Positions 1 to 13,100 of a stretch of DNA of 64,000 nt are shown here, one piece after another (the first letter of the stretch is position 1; each line of letters opens with the position of its first letter). The DNA comes from Iphione sp. A-MEVVRFRX5 (Eukaryota), in the NCBI GenBank assembly GCA_976226885.1, contig OZ320316.1, forward strand, positions 28,520,001-28,584,000, given 5' to 3'. The notes below the pieces were generated by a model. That model saw only the letters and a list, made by a program, of their open reading frames with translations, made no database searches and had not been told where the DNA came from. Position numbers and translations under genes: made by a program.

Positions 1-3000
1 CATTTCTGCACTCATTATCCGATGAGCCAGTGTTTTAATTTTAAGTATTGGCCTAACGGTTGATTTTCAAGTTCCCCATTATTTAGTGGAAATATAAGCC
101 ATTTCATGTGAATCAGTCGATACACGTAAACGTGTATGCAATTACCATTATACTAAAAAGAACAAAGAAACAACGGCTTGGGTTCTCAAATTTAATCACT
201 AAAACATAAGCAAGAATCACAAGCGGCGATACAATGCGAACATTAAACAAGCGAGAAATACATACCCTAATAATTAAATTACATTTGTAATGTAGGGTGG
301 GAGGACGACAACTTACAGTGAAGCTTCACCGTATGGACAGCTGCGAAATAGGGTTGACCGGCAGTTATTTTGGAGTTTTTTCCTCCATGTATGATACACT
401 GAGAAATTCAGTCAACTCGACAATACAGACTTCTCACCCTCTGGTTGTGCCGTTTTGGATAAAGAAAATCATATTGTATTCATTCATTGAATGAACAAGG
501 CGTTAGGGTCAGTTTCATCCAATTCGGATCGAAATTACTGAACCAGCAGTGTACAAAGCATCGTCAGCCAGGCACATCTCTTACATAATGACCATAAATG
601 ACATAGAGGCAGGCAGCACCCATGGAAAACATGAAAATAAGATTTAGCATTAGAGCCCGTGTGAAATCATTCAGACAACACAGGAAGTCAGGAGATATAT
701 CGAAGGGTTGGTATTTAAAAATGTTCAGAGAGCAGGCTATTGTGATCACACTCTACAACATAAAGGATCCTACATGCTATATATGCACTTTCTATGAGAT
801 ACCACATTTAATTTGCTATACTTTCAATTCAACAAATCAGTACTGTCCCAGCATGCAGCAGTGCACGTTATGCACCACTTCTGTTTCTAAGTCAAACAAA
901 GGGATGTAAAAGCTGATTTCATGCATATATAAAGTGCGACAATCATATCTTTCATCTCAATTTCATGTATCCATAAATTTACAAAAGAGAAAAATATTGA
1001 AGTAGTAAATATAAATCTCCTCTAAAGTTTTTTTTGCAAGAATACCCTGGAGGTTAAGAATGAATGATAATAGGGCAGTTACTAACATTCCTTTGAGAAC
1101 TTCCAGGCTGACAAACTAAGGATAATTTGGATTAATGCACTATGAGCAAAAGTTACTACTAAATATGTAGAGTTTTCAATCAAAATGTCACAGTTACACA
1201 TATTCTTCGGGCACAACAGGAAGCGGTGCATACCAAGGGTAGCTCTGCGTAGGTAGCAGTATACAAGGTAGGTGATGTGTTCTTCCACGTATTGCCCTGT
1301 TTATGGCAACGTATGCACATACATAGACACATACATACTCTCTAACTGCCGATGACTGCCACACTACTTCGCATACCTTTAACAACTTCAGTATGGTAAT
1401 ATACGTGGTTGACCAGACTGGATGTAAGTGCAGTTGAACATGATGGCTGCAAATGCAGTCAATCATAATGGTTGCATGTGTGCACATGCATTGCATGCAC
1501 TCTGCATCTCTGCATGCGTGCACACACTACCGTCTCTCTGCACACGGATATTACATGTGCTACTCTATGTAAACAGCTGGCATATCACATCTGAGAAATG
1601 TCATGTCTGCCCACAGTGCCACAGTCTCAACCAATTACCAGCATAGGAAATGTGCTTCCTAGGTAACTTAATTTCATTGTCAAGGAGATGGTGTCCATGG
1701 GCAAACAATGAAAGCTAATGCGCTTTGAGTGAAAAAAGCTAACAGTGACATGGCATAGGTGACAATTTATTTAATTTGTTAGACAAGTTGGAGACTAGTT
1801 GGACAACTTCAGCTTGTCGACAGAGTAATAAATATTTGGGCCTCAGTGTAGATTTGTTCAGAATGAATTTCTTCATGTGTGTACGTTTATTCTGTGTCAA
1901 TATTTTACATGTATCTTCACTAGTTCCAGTTTTAACATTTTTTACTCCTGATGTCTTTGCTTTCTATACATTTACATTACAGGGGGGGCGAACAATTATA
2001 GTTACAGATCTATTGCGTGGATAATGCATACCAATCGTATGCGGCTTTTTCACACCTCTTCGGCCCACGTACATTCGGAATTCAACTAAGACGCGTGTAC
2101 ATGTACTTGAGTGGTGTCTCAGTCTTCCATGGACCACTGATGGGGGGTAGGGGTCTGAATTCTGCCACCCGCCTACTTCACTTACTTCGTTGCCACAGCC
2201 TCAGATACAGGAGGCCCATCTACAGTGCTAGGCTCCATCCTTCTTGCTGGGGAACCTGGGCTCCTGTCTCTAGTCTTCGACCCCGCATACTCCAAAGAGA
2301 GGATGTGCTCTCCCAATGGAGCCATGGTGTCTGGATTGAGGTTATCCTCCTTCTCCTCCTCCTCCCTCATGGCTGTCACATGTCCTCCACCAGCTGGTTG
2401 CATCTGCCCTGCCGGCTTTCACTGTGGGTCACCTACCCTGGGAGCAGCTGAAGTTCAGCTTAATTGTCGCCAGCGCAATGGACTCTCTGGTTCTGCCCTC
2501 GGGGTAGTCACCAATACAGCGGGAAGAGTCCCCTTCGATATCACCCTGGTCTCCCCAGTCTTTTCCTCCTGTATCCCTGTTGAGGCAGTTGCTCCCCGTG
2601 GTTCTAGCAGCTGGGTCCCCAGCTAACCATGATGGCTTGTCGGAGATCACGAGGTTCTGGGTTCTCCCACTCTTTGTGGTGCCGTTCCAGTCTTCGGCTC
2701 AAGCAATGGCTCATCCAGGCTCTCTCAGGCCCCGCTGTATCCTCAGTCAGTTATGAACAGTCCCTGGTCCAGAGTTGATCCAGTACCTTGGGATCCTTCC
2801 GTGCCCTGCTGCAGGGGGTTGTGGTGGCGAATGGCAAGGGCAGCCAGGGCAGTCCATGCTGGTGATCGGTGAGGGGGAGGCGTCCAAGCCACATAACACC
2901 GGGGGTGTGTGGACAGCACCCGGCCAGGCGCGAGAGGGAGGTCCAAACTACCGCTGCTCCTTGATAGGCTAGGTCCGTGGGAAGTTCCCTTCTGTGACAG

Positions 3001-3335
3001 TGGTCCTGCACTGTTTCGTAACACCTATCAAACGACTCTGCTGTTTAACACAACAGCTACTCCCGTCTGTAGTCCCGTCGGGGTGTCAGGCGACTTTGGC
3101 GGCCCATGCAGCCAGCTTGGTCTCGCCTGGGTCTTCAGATGATTCTTTTCCTATAGGAGGACGTGAACAACCGTTGTCCCCTGTTGGTCGAACCTGCGGG
3201 GGATAAGAGTGACACTGTGTGCGCAGCATGGTGCATCCCGTTGGATGCTCCTCAAATGGCTTCTTATAGGTGCCAAGTGGGGGAGAGTGACCCCGCGAGT
3301 GGAGCTCTCTAAAATGAAATACATGTATGTGATAG

Positions 3336-3466
3336 ATACAGCACGAGGGCGTGCATGTATGCGTTATATTGGCACGGTTGGGGCATTGCTGCACGAGACG
3401 CAGTCGAGTGTGGCAATTCCCCAACCGTGACAATGTAACGCATACATGCACGCCCAAGTGCTGTAT
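3336..3466. repeat. Long inverted repeat (hairpin) upstream of the Crypton ORF
   Basis: 54-nt arms at 3336-3389 and 3413-3466 with 5 mismatches; 23-nt loop. Confidence 0.9.
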
Positions 3467-3634
3467 GTAGCTTAAAGCAAGGGCGCCAATTTGGGCGTTC
3501 AGTCGGCCTATCCAATGAAGCATGTAACCAATTAACGACAAGCTTGCATTTTAAAAACAAGAAAAACCACGTGGGCCCTAACCGTTTCACGCCCCTACCC
3601 GTCCTTACTTCAGTCCCTACTGAGAAGCCCAACT

Positions 3635-5320
3635 ATGGACTTCAACGACATCCCAAATTTTGAGATCGAGCTCGATTTATGCACTCAAGCAGATCAATTG
3701 GAAAAAGAATATTTCTCTCAGAGTCAGCAGTCCAATCAGGAAGATGATGATCAGTCTTCAAGATTTGCACCAGTGCAATCAGAGCACGAATTTAAGGCAA
3801 TTTTAGCTTCAAGAATTCCAAAAAACACTCAGCAATCGTCCAACTGGGCCCACAATATGTATAGAGAGTGGAGGACCTGGAGGAACGGTCACAGCAAATC
3901 ACATTTCGACAAGAATTGGCCAGTTCCTGCACTTACCACTGACAAGCTTGACTTACTGGACTACTGGTTGGCACGCTTCGTGACAGAAATCAGGAAGCAA
4001 GATCACGAGGACTATCCTCCAGGTGGGTTCATTTTCATCACTTTTTATATAAACCAAGTGGGGTGGGGGACCCTTAACGCTCTGAAAATTGAATGTATGT
4101 ATCATATTATTTCAGGTACACTCACCAACATAGCCGCCTCGATCCAGAGGTATATGAGGGATGTCCTGGGTCGTGCTGATATCTGGCTACTTAAGAAAGA
4201 TCAACCCCAATTCAAGATGTTCCGCGATGCATTGGACGCCCGGCGTAAGGTCCTCATTGCTCAAGGCATAGGCGCTCACACCAATCGTGCTGATCCCATA
4301 TCAATTGACGATGAAACAGAACTCTGGGAGAGTGGGGTGATCGGATTCCATTCAGCGCAGGCTCTGTCATATGCGTGCTATCTGTACAATTGTAAAATCT
4401 TCGGGTTCAGGGCCCGCGATGAACATGCTAACCTTGTTGTCGAGCAATTTTCCTTTGGAAGGGAGCGTGACGGTTCAGAGTTTCTGCAGTTTAATGGACG
4501 TCTTGCAAAGACAATTACTGGAAAACTCAACTCCAAATGTAATCCTAGGTTGGTGAAGCATTATGGCCAGCCCCACAATGAAAGGTGCTTGGTCAAGTTA
4601 TTTAGGAAGTATTTGGATTGTGTACCCAAATCAGGCCGATTCTACCGCCGTCCGTTAGCAAACGTCAACAATCAAGTAGTTTTCAGTGTTCAGCACGTAG
4701 GGGTGAACAAATTGTCACAATACATGACCAGCATGTTTCAAGCAGCAGGGATCGATATGGAAGGCCGCAATATTAGTGGCCATAGTGGTAAGGTTGCATG
4801 TTGTACGACTCTTTACGAGCGGCAATTTGATGAACAAGCCATTACCTCGCGTAGTGGACATCGCTCTAATGCTGTACGCTTGTACAAGAGACCTTCCCTG
4901 GACCTTGAGAAACGTATAAGCGATTCACTCCAGCCCCCACCACCCAAAACAGCAAAAACATGCACGGTCACCAAATCCACAGAACTCAATGACGTACAAC
5001 ACACCCCAATGCAGCCCAAACCCTCAACCTCTACAGCAGCGCACTCCACTCCCCTACAAACCCCCAAGTCAAATTCACCCCCCCCCCCAGTAATGCCAGT
5101 GAGCCCGATCACCCCGTACACGTCACACGAATCCCTTGGCCACAATTCTTCAAACACCCCACCTACACACACTTCCACAGACCAAGTAGTCTCCCCAGCA
5201 CAGGGCACCCTTCACCTAGCGTCCTTGATTGATACAAAAATGTTTACAGTCGTGGTCCCAAGTGACGTTTTCCAAGTCGCCATTCTCAAGGATGGAAAGA
5301 AAGTAGTCGTTCAGATCTAA
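3635..5320 (+). CDS. Crypton-type tyrosine recombinase (DUF3504 / KCTD1-ZMYM-QRICH1-like), probably with one stop-free intron at 4023-4115 (about 530 aa after splicing)
   Basis: Motifs IPKNTQQSSNWA, LDYWLARFVTEIRK..DYPP, FGFRARDEH (catalytic R), GHSGK (HxxR position), GHRS and VRLYKR (catalytic Y). Removing GT(4023)..TTTCAG(4115), 93 nt, gives DYPPGTLTNI, matching the family YPPxTL motif. Pro/Ser/Thr-rich C-terminal tail. Confidence 0.85.
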   Translation: MDFNDIPNFEIELDLCTQADQLEKEYFSQSQQSNQEDDDQSSRFAPVQSEHEFKAILASRIPKNTQQSSNWAHNMYREWRTWRNGHSKSHFDKNWPVPALTTDKLDLLDYWLARFVTEIRKQDHEDYPPGGFIFITFYINQVGWGTLNALKIECMYHIISGTLTNIAASIQRYMRDVLGRADIWLLKKDQPQFKMFRDALDARRKVLIAQGIGAHTNRADPISIDDETELWESGVIGFHSAQALSYACYLYNCKIFGFRARDEHANLVVEQFSFGRERDGSEFLQFNGRLAKTITGKLNSKCNPRLVKHYGQPHNERCLVKLFRKYLDCVPKSGRFYRRPLANVNNQVVFSVQHVGVNKLSQYMTSMFQAAGIDMEGRNISGHSGKVACCTTLYERQFDEQAITSRSGHRSNAVRLYKRPSLDLEKRISDSLQPPPPKTAKTCTVTKSTELNDVQHTPMQPKPSTSTAAHSTPLQTPKSNSPPPPVMPVSPITPYTSHESLGHNSSNTPPTHTSTDQVVSPAQGTLHLASLIDTKMFTVVVPSDVFQVAILKDGKKVVVQI

Positions 5321-5637
5321 ATTCTCAATCCTCTTTCCCATAGTTCCACACGTAATTTAAGGTATGTTACTCCATTCGTTTAATTGCATTGATATGTCTT
5401 AAATTGTGTATTTCATTGGTTGTATGTATGCTTTTCTATTGCCTGTGTTTATTACAAATGTCTACGCATGCTGGTATTTAAATAAATGTTTTTCGTTCAA
5501 TCCATTTCTGTCTATTTCTTCTCACACTCAATTGCCTCGTGTACTTCGACTATGTTATGCAACCCCATTTAATCCAATGTTAACAACACCTCCCCCAAAT
5601 AGACGGCCTGACGCGGTTGCTTTTCACGCCTGTCGCC

Positions 5638-5670
5638 CCGTGCAGTATGCGAAATATTCGCACAGCACGG
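5638..5670. repeat. Small hairpin 3' of the Crypton ORF, possible element end
   Basis: CCGTGC..TGCGAA-ATA-TTCGCA..GCACGG. Confidence 0.4.
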
Positions 5671-6461
5671 CTACATAGGCCTAAAGAGAAAAAAAGATGG
5701 CGCCCGTGCTTTAAATGACATTCACGCAGGCAAAAACTAAAGAAGTCTCAAAATTTAGATCCTGGGAATTGAAATTCAGGAAGTGCAGTGTTTTAATTAT
5801 CTGGGGGTATTAATAGATAGCAGACTTTCTTGGAAGGCATATATGAATAAACGGGATACCTCAAGCTCACAACCTTGAGACATATATAAAATATATAATG
5901 TGATTTTTTAAAATCATCTCTCATAATGCTTTTCTATATATGTGAATTCAACATAATAGACACAGTGACTAACGCATAACCATAATGTACATGGAAAGTA
6001 GCAAGGTGAACACTGACAATATGGATTGCTATGGAGTGTTTGGTTATGTACCATGTCCGTTAAAGCTCTTTTGACAGTGGATTGATGTTTATGGTTGCAG
6101 AGTTGTAACTGTAATATTAAGGTAGGGGCTGTAAGCATGGGTACATGGAAAACCCGCCTGTATGTTTAAACGGCACGTTTACTCTTCCTTGTTTGTTTGA
6201 CTCATTACTGGGGACTCCGCCTACGAAACCTTACATTGTATCTCTATCATTCGTCACGCCGCATAATGGCATTTCCTTACCTTACCTACATTTCCTCTGT
6301 GTCCATCTCTTTTAGGAAAAAATTAAGTCTTGTTGCCCAGTCATCGTGTTTGTGGTATATATTAGTATAATGTTATAATATGCTTAATTTACCCTGATAT
6401 TGTTTAATCTATAATAACATGTGGTCCTGACAGTGATGTAACATTCTGTGTTATAGGTACA

Positions 6462-7295
6462 ATGGGGGCTTTACAAGAAGAGATGTTGCTGGACGGTATG
6501 CCTCAAAGAGACTACTCCAGCATCAATACAAAAGATGAACACATTTCGCTTGAAGAAGAGAGCCCCAAACAACCTGGATGTGCAGACAGACTGTACCCCA
6601 AACCATTCTTTCCTGAGCTCCGAGCTCTCCTGAAGACATCTGCACCATTAGTAAGACATTCTCCAGGAGACTATGCTGGAATGCAATCTTGTCAGAAACT
6701 CTGCCAAAGTAGCGTTTTCTGTGCTTTTACTACAAAGTAGATCTTTGCTTCCGTATATACAGCGGTTAAGATTGTCGCATGTCAGCTTTAGGCCTTAATT
6801 CTGGCGTACTGTCAAAGCCACTACGTAACCCACCTTGCAATTTATCACACTGAAAGACTTTTCAGCTTAACTTTCATTTTTCGTAGCCCAATTTCACACC
6901 GCCTTAGAAGCTACCAAAGAAGATATACTATATAAAGATTGTAGCATTGATTTCTTTAACAAAGCCTGTCTTGTATTTGTTCTAAATGAGTACCTATTTT
7001 CCTATAATGTCATAAGATCGCACAGCAACTTACCATGTACTCCTTTGGACCCGTGGCTATCATCTTTTGTGGTCACCTTGGCAAGCTGGAACTGGATTCC
7101 GTGGCCCTTGCAAGCTCGGTAAATCTTTTATAATTCCCCCTATCAATGACATTTAGGTAAAATGAAGCATCATCCAATGATAACTTTGTAAGAACCCATT
7201 ATTTTCTCCTAAATCAAAGTACACAGTAGATTAGGATGAAATCCCCTCGTAAGATCTATCGTCAGAGCAATATGATAGTTACAAAGAGAGAGACA

Positions 7296-7344
<49 letters not shown>

Positions 7345-10083
7345 AGGGAGGAGGGGTAATGATTTACTATTAGAAAATGTGATGATGTATATAAGGGCAC
7401 GACACAATGTTATAATAGAACATTATACACTATAATGATGTTATTTTTATAAAATATTCATGTTTTTCCCAGTTTATCAACGTATTTGGTATTTCCTGTG
7501 CCTCTGGTCTCTCCTCGGCGTGTGACACATTGTTCTCACAGGTAAACATTCATTTATATTTTATACAACGCATATTCATATTATTGTCGCTTTACTATAG
7601 TCCAGTAAAACCCTCGTTAAAGAAGCAATGTTGTTATCCAGAACAAAGGTAATCGTTTTACAGTAAAAATGAATTGGTTCGAGCCCCGTTATTTCTTCAT
7701 CTGTTGAGCTTACAGCAGCTTTCCACATAGCTATTAGTATCCCAGATATTTTGCGTACGGTTACCCATTAACGATAGACTCATCCCGTTGACCATGTTCT
7801 CATGTACAATTGTTTTTATCCCTTAAAGGTTTACGGGAGCAAAAACAAAAAAGACCTTGGAATTGTCCTTCAAAGAGGTAAGTTTCAGAACCAGTTTAGT
7901 ACCCTATTATATAAGTACTTATATAGGCTCTATGGACCCCGTTAAGCGAGATTTTGACAGTCTAATGAACCTTCCCCTAATTTCTATGTGCCAACTGTCT
8001 GTAGGGTCACTGAAGGGAGATATGAAGACAGAGATAACAAAGCATTGCAGAGACTACAATAAGAAAAATGCTGAGACTTTCAAAATCCACATACTGATAC
8101 AAAATCATTTTGACCCCTGTGTTGTCAGAAAGCACCAGAAAATGTTTCTCTCTTCCAGCAGCTGGTCAATTTTTATATTTATTGTTTCACCATGTATGGG
8201 TCAACAAGCGATGATAAAAACCTTTGAATATATCCATGGCACTGAATGATATAGTCAACTACGCATGCTATCTTTACAGGCTTGCTTATCATGACTCTAG
8301 CAGTGCTCCCGAGTTTAGCACTTTACGTCAACAGTGAACCAATCTTTCGATTACTCGGCCAGGACCCAACGGTTGCAAAGTAAAGACAAATATTCACACA
8401 GTTCCTTTAATTGAGAATATTCAGAGGTAACGCTATGGGTATATACCATAACAGAATTTAATTTCAGAATAACAGAGTTATATTTAAACACAGATTGAAA
8501 CTCTCCTTTGTCTCAAGAAGGTTTTACTTCAACAATAATTTCCTTTTCAATATTTTGCCACTTTTGAAAAGGTTTTCCCGAGGTAATGTTGAGAATATTT
8601 TCTCTTCAGATTGGCCGGTGATTATATGCTGATTTTTATACCGGGAACAGTGGTAAATAGCGTGTGATTTTGACGAATCTATTGATTTTGCATGAAATTG
8701 AAATGGTTTTCGGCATGTCATACTTATACTCTACTGAGTTCATTTCGTCTTTGCTGAATCTGTTTCAGTGCTTCTACATTTATATAACGCTTTTGAAGTA
8801 CATTCAATGTCAGGTGAGTAGGTTTCCTCAAGTAATTACAGCTGTTTGTCATAATCGACTGGCAAAGCGAGAAGTCCAGTTACGAAAAGAAAGTTGATTT
8901 TGATTGAAATTAATGTAATATCATGTACTGTACAATTTAAAGAGGATCTCTGCAGTACAATATACATGGGTAGGTCTGTGGTACAAGGATATGTGGTAAA
9001 GTTATGAATATGTACATGTATACTGATATGTAATCACTTACGTCTCCAGAATATAATCACACCAACATTGATTATCGGAGCCGTTGCTAATGCCTTCAAT
9101 GCAGTAATGCATTATCTTCTGCTTTATGTTGCAAACTACAGTACAACGTAAGTGTTTAGCAATTTTTAGATATTTAAATTGCATACGGTTAACTAAACAG
9201 TGAATTCTATGCCGACAGTATATTTTATTATTCTTAGAGGCCACACGGATCCACAAGATGAATTAAAGTAAGAAAATCGCAGAAATCGTCCAATTTATTG
9301 GCAGTCAATGCAACATTAGAAATTACATGAGAGCTACATTCACTGCCAGCGTGTAACATTGTCGCTGTTTTGTTACCATATCCAGTGGATCGGCAATTTC
9401 AATGCTGTGTAGCTACATCCTACTCTTGCTGCTCACAATAGCATACATCGTATGTTCTGGCCTGTATAAGGAAACATGGAGTGGTAAGGAGAAATCATTT
9501 TATTCACATGCAGCCCGTGCATTGGGATGTATCGGTAATATTAGGTCCTACATTGAATTAAACATTTTCTATTTTCCTTACACATGGCAGATTATTTTTC
9601 CAGTGCTGTAACATCACAGAATATTCTCACAGATCTATATGGAACTGAAGTAAAATTAGGAGGCATGTATAAACGGGATAAAATATATTGTTTTCTTTGC
9701 TTATTCTTGAGGGCATTAGAAATGATCAATAGTAGACTAAATATAAAAATGTAATTTGTATGGTAGGTTGGAATGTCGAATGTCTACAAAAGTGGGGCCA
9801 ATTCAGTAATCTTGCCGTCTTTGGTCTGCTGATGATCTGTGTAGAATGGTGGGCCTTTGAATTTGGCATTTTCCTGGCAGGTAAGTATACCAGGCAATCA
9901 TAGTAAAAGGGGAAATTGTATCCAAAATCATTCACGATGCCTATAACCAAAGAGAACGAAGTAATTTGAATGGAACAGTAAATCAATATGCCAGCCAGGC
10001 TCGGTGCCCAAATTCATGAAGAGGCACGGTACATGCATAAACCAAGTGTGGAAAAAACAGTTAAATATAAATGTACATGTATG

Positions 10084-10133
<50 letters not shown>

Positions 10134-13100
10134 AAGGACAGTAATAGCTAATGTCAAGCTTGTAAAATACACTGTATTATTCTAATCGTACTTTTTACAT
10201 CTGATTACATGGAACGTGTTGAAAAAGAAGAATATAAATTGACACTTTTATATATTCACTCATGTGGCATTGACAATAATCTGCAGTGAATCAAATGCGT
10301 TACAATATCGTTCAAACAAGCAGCTAAAAGGGGAATTTTAGCCAAATTGTGAATCTTCACAGAAATGACTATATATTTGAGTGAACTGGAGGAGCTGGAT
10401 GTCCCAGTGTAGACAACAAATAATGGATACAAACTTTAAATACACGTGATTTAACTGTCATGACTGGAACAAACATAATTATATGCATATGTATCTAAAC
10501 TGAGAGTGAGGGATCTTTGTCATGGTATGCATACACATTCTTTTACCAAACTGCCAGGTTTGCTGGGTACAGTGGAGCTGGGAGCACAATCTGTGGTATT
10601 CCAAATAGAAATCGTCGCATATATGGTGAGCACATACCGTTATCACTTTTAAATATTCCATCCAATTACTAGACCATAACTCCTTTCATGTATCAACTCT
10701 CAATATATCTATCATGAAAGAAACAGGAATATTCTAAGCGGTAATGACTCAAATCAATGAAAGAAAAATAAACGTCAGAATCTATTCTTTCACGAAAGGT
10801 AGAGGCAAAAGCCAACGGGCACATATCTGTTTTATAGTGATCTGTTTTTCTGTGCCAGAGATTTCGACTTGAGAAAATCAGCAATTTAATCATTAATATA
10901 TTGATAAAGCACAATGATACAGTAAAGAGCAATTGCTCGCCCTATTAAACTGTCCTTATAATAGCATTTATTTATCAAAATATTTGGTGTTGTACAGTGA
11001 TCTGACTATGAACCTTCACATTTCTGTCCAATACATGTATAGTTTCCGTTGGGAAATGGCATTGCTGCTGCTCTCCGAGTCGGTCAGTTCCTTGGTTCTG
11101 GTGATGGAAGGTCCGCCTGTGCTGCTGCCAGAATCGCAATCACTTTCATAGGTAGAATTCTTGAATTCTCATTTAGCAATAGATCGACTTAAGAGCTGGG
11201 TGAATGCCTTCGCGTTGGTGGGGGGTAAACTGAACTCACAAAGGGGTCACATTCATGTGCTGGGTCGTGCGAGTATGGACAAAATCGTTGTCTTGGTAAC
11301 CAAGCTTCCTATGCAGCCACCGTAATGTGTAAAAAAAGGGATGATTATTAAACTACCTTATTTAAAATGGCAGCAGGAAGTATAGAATCGAAAATAGATC
11401 CGTATACTGCTTCATTCCTATCAGACTTCTCACACTAATTTGATTTAAGAAAACTGAATTATTTGACTTTTCAAGTTGGGTTATGTAGTTAATAATTACT
11501 CTATAGCAGAAGGGTAACAATGTGCCATGTGCTTCCATTAGGATGGATGTTTTAAAAAGACATCTACTAGATTACGATTTCTGCTAGTGTAGGGATACAT
11601 TTCGTCGAAGGAGGTTGAAGTCCCCTATCTTTTCCCCTCAATAAATAAAACTAGTGCAAGTAACAAAGGTGCTTGTTATATGATAAGTATAATTATGAAG
11701 AATTACCCTGTGCAATTGCTTTTTAGAAAGTCAGGCAGGTATAGATATAAATATGTATATTCAAGCTAGTTTAAACTTCGTTAAAAGTAGAAAGACGATT
11801 TTGCATAGAGGTCACATGACCTACCATTAGATTTGCCTGCACTGAGTCCTCATAGTTAGCGGGTGAATCAGTAAGGACATTCCTAGCATCCAAAAGAGAA
11901 CTATAGACCTGTACTCTGCATATTTTCCGGGATTTGAAGACAGGATTTCCATAGGGGATAAAACAGAATTGGGAGAAATGATGCGTTGATTCCACACCTC
12001 CTAATATCAGGCCCCCTTTTCCCACGCCCTCGACATTGAACATTATCAAGCAAAGGTCACGTGTTTCAGAAATTTAATCAATACTCCATTACTTCATACG
12101 AATAGAAATATTCCTGCGTTGCATAAGTCGATTAGGTTATGCCTAGAGCAGGGTATGCCTTGTAGAGAAAGCAGTATTGAGACACAATTGTTAATGACAT
12201 ATATATATATATATATATTGGTGAATATCTTTTTTTCTTCATACTATCGTAGCCGTGCTTGGCATCACAATGGGACTGCTGTTAGTGCTTTTACGAGATT
12301 ACCTCCCATACATATTCTCAAATGATCCGTAAGTATACTTGTCGTCCATGATACTGACTCATACTTATATGTCCATACCTTTAAAGTGAAAATACATGTA
12401 GATATTTCATCTCTAGCATTGCAGTAATTTTCAAATGAGCGTTTCTCAAAGAGGTACGATTATCACAAGAACATACCGTTCGGATCAATCTGCAATACGC
12501 CACTTTCATCTTTAAAGGATAACTTAACCGTGTACTAAAGCCACAGATGTATCTCCACGTCCATGTGTCTTTATTGCGGGGGGGGGTTGCAACGACTCTG
12601 TTTGTCAACCTCTTTGACTTATCTTCATATGCCTTCTGACATGATATATAAATTATTGGTTTCGAGAATGTGGCAAAAACAGTGTAGAACTCCAGTGCAG
12701 ACACATTAACTCTGTCATGGGATGTTCCTGCCCATGAATACAGCCTACACACCTCTGACCCTTGTCCTAGTTGAGGGGCTTGTGAAAAAAGTTCCCAACT
12801 CCTAGGGTTTGACCGTCCTCTCTCATAACTGGTTTAAGCAATTTTCCCTTCCTTGTGTAATTACACTGGTATCTATGACTTGGTTGTTTGATCCATATAT
12901 ATACTAGATCTGTGGCACTTGTGCCCTCCCTTTTATATACTCTCCTGTCCTTAAATTGATATGCATAGGGGCCCCTATTACCCATAGGGGCTGTATGCAT
13001 GCATGAGCACTAAGGGGTTCCTCCAATGGTAAAAATGGATTAGTGTTGATACAGTGAGTCCCTCCATGTACCAATGGGGAAGAAAGGGCAGTGTTGTAGC

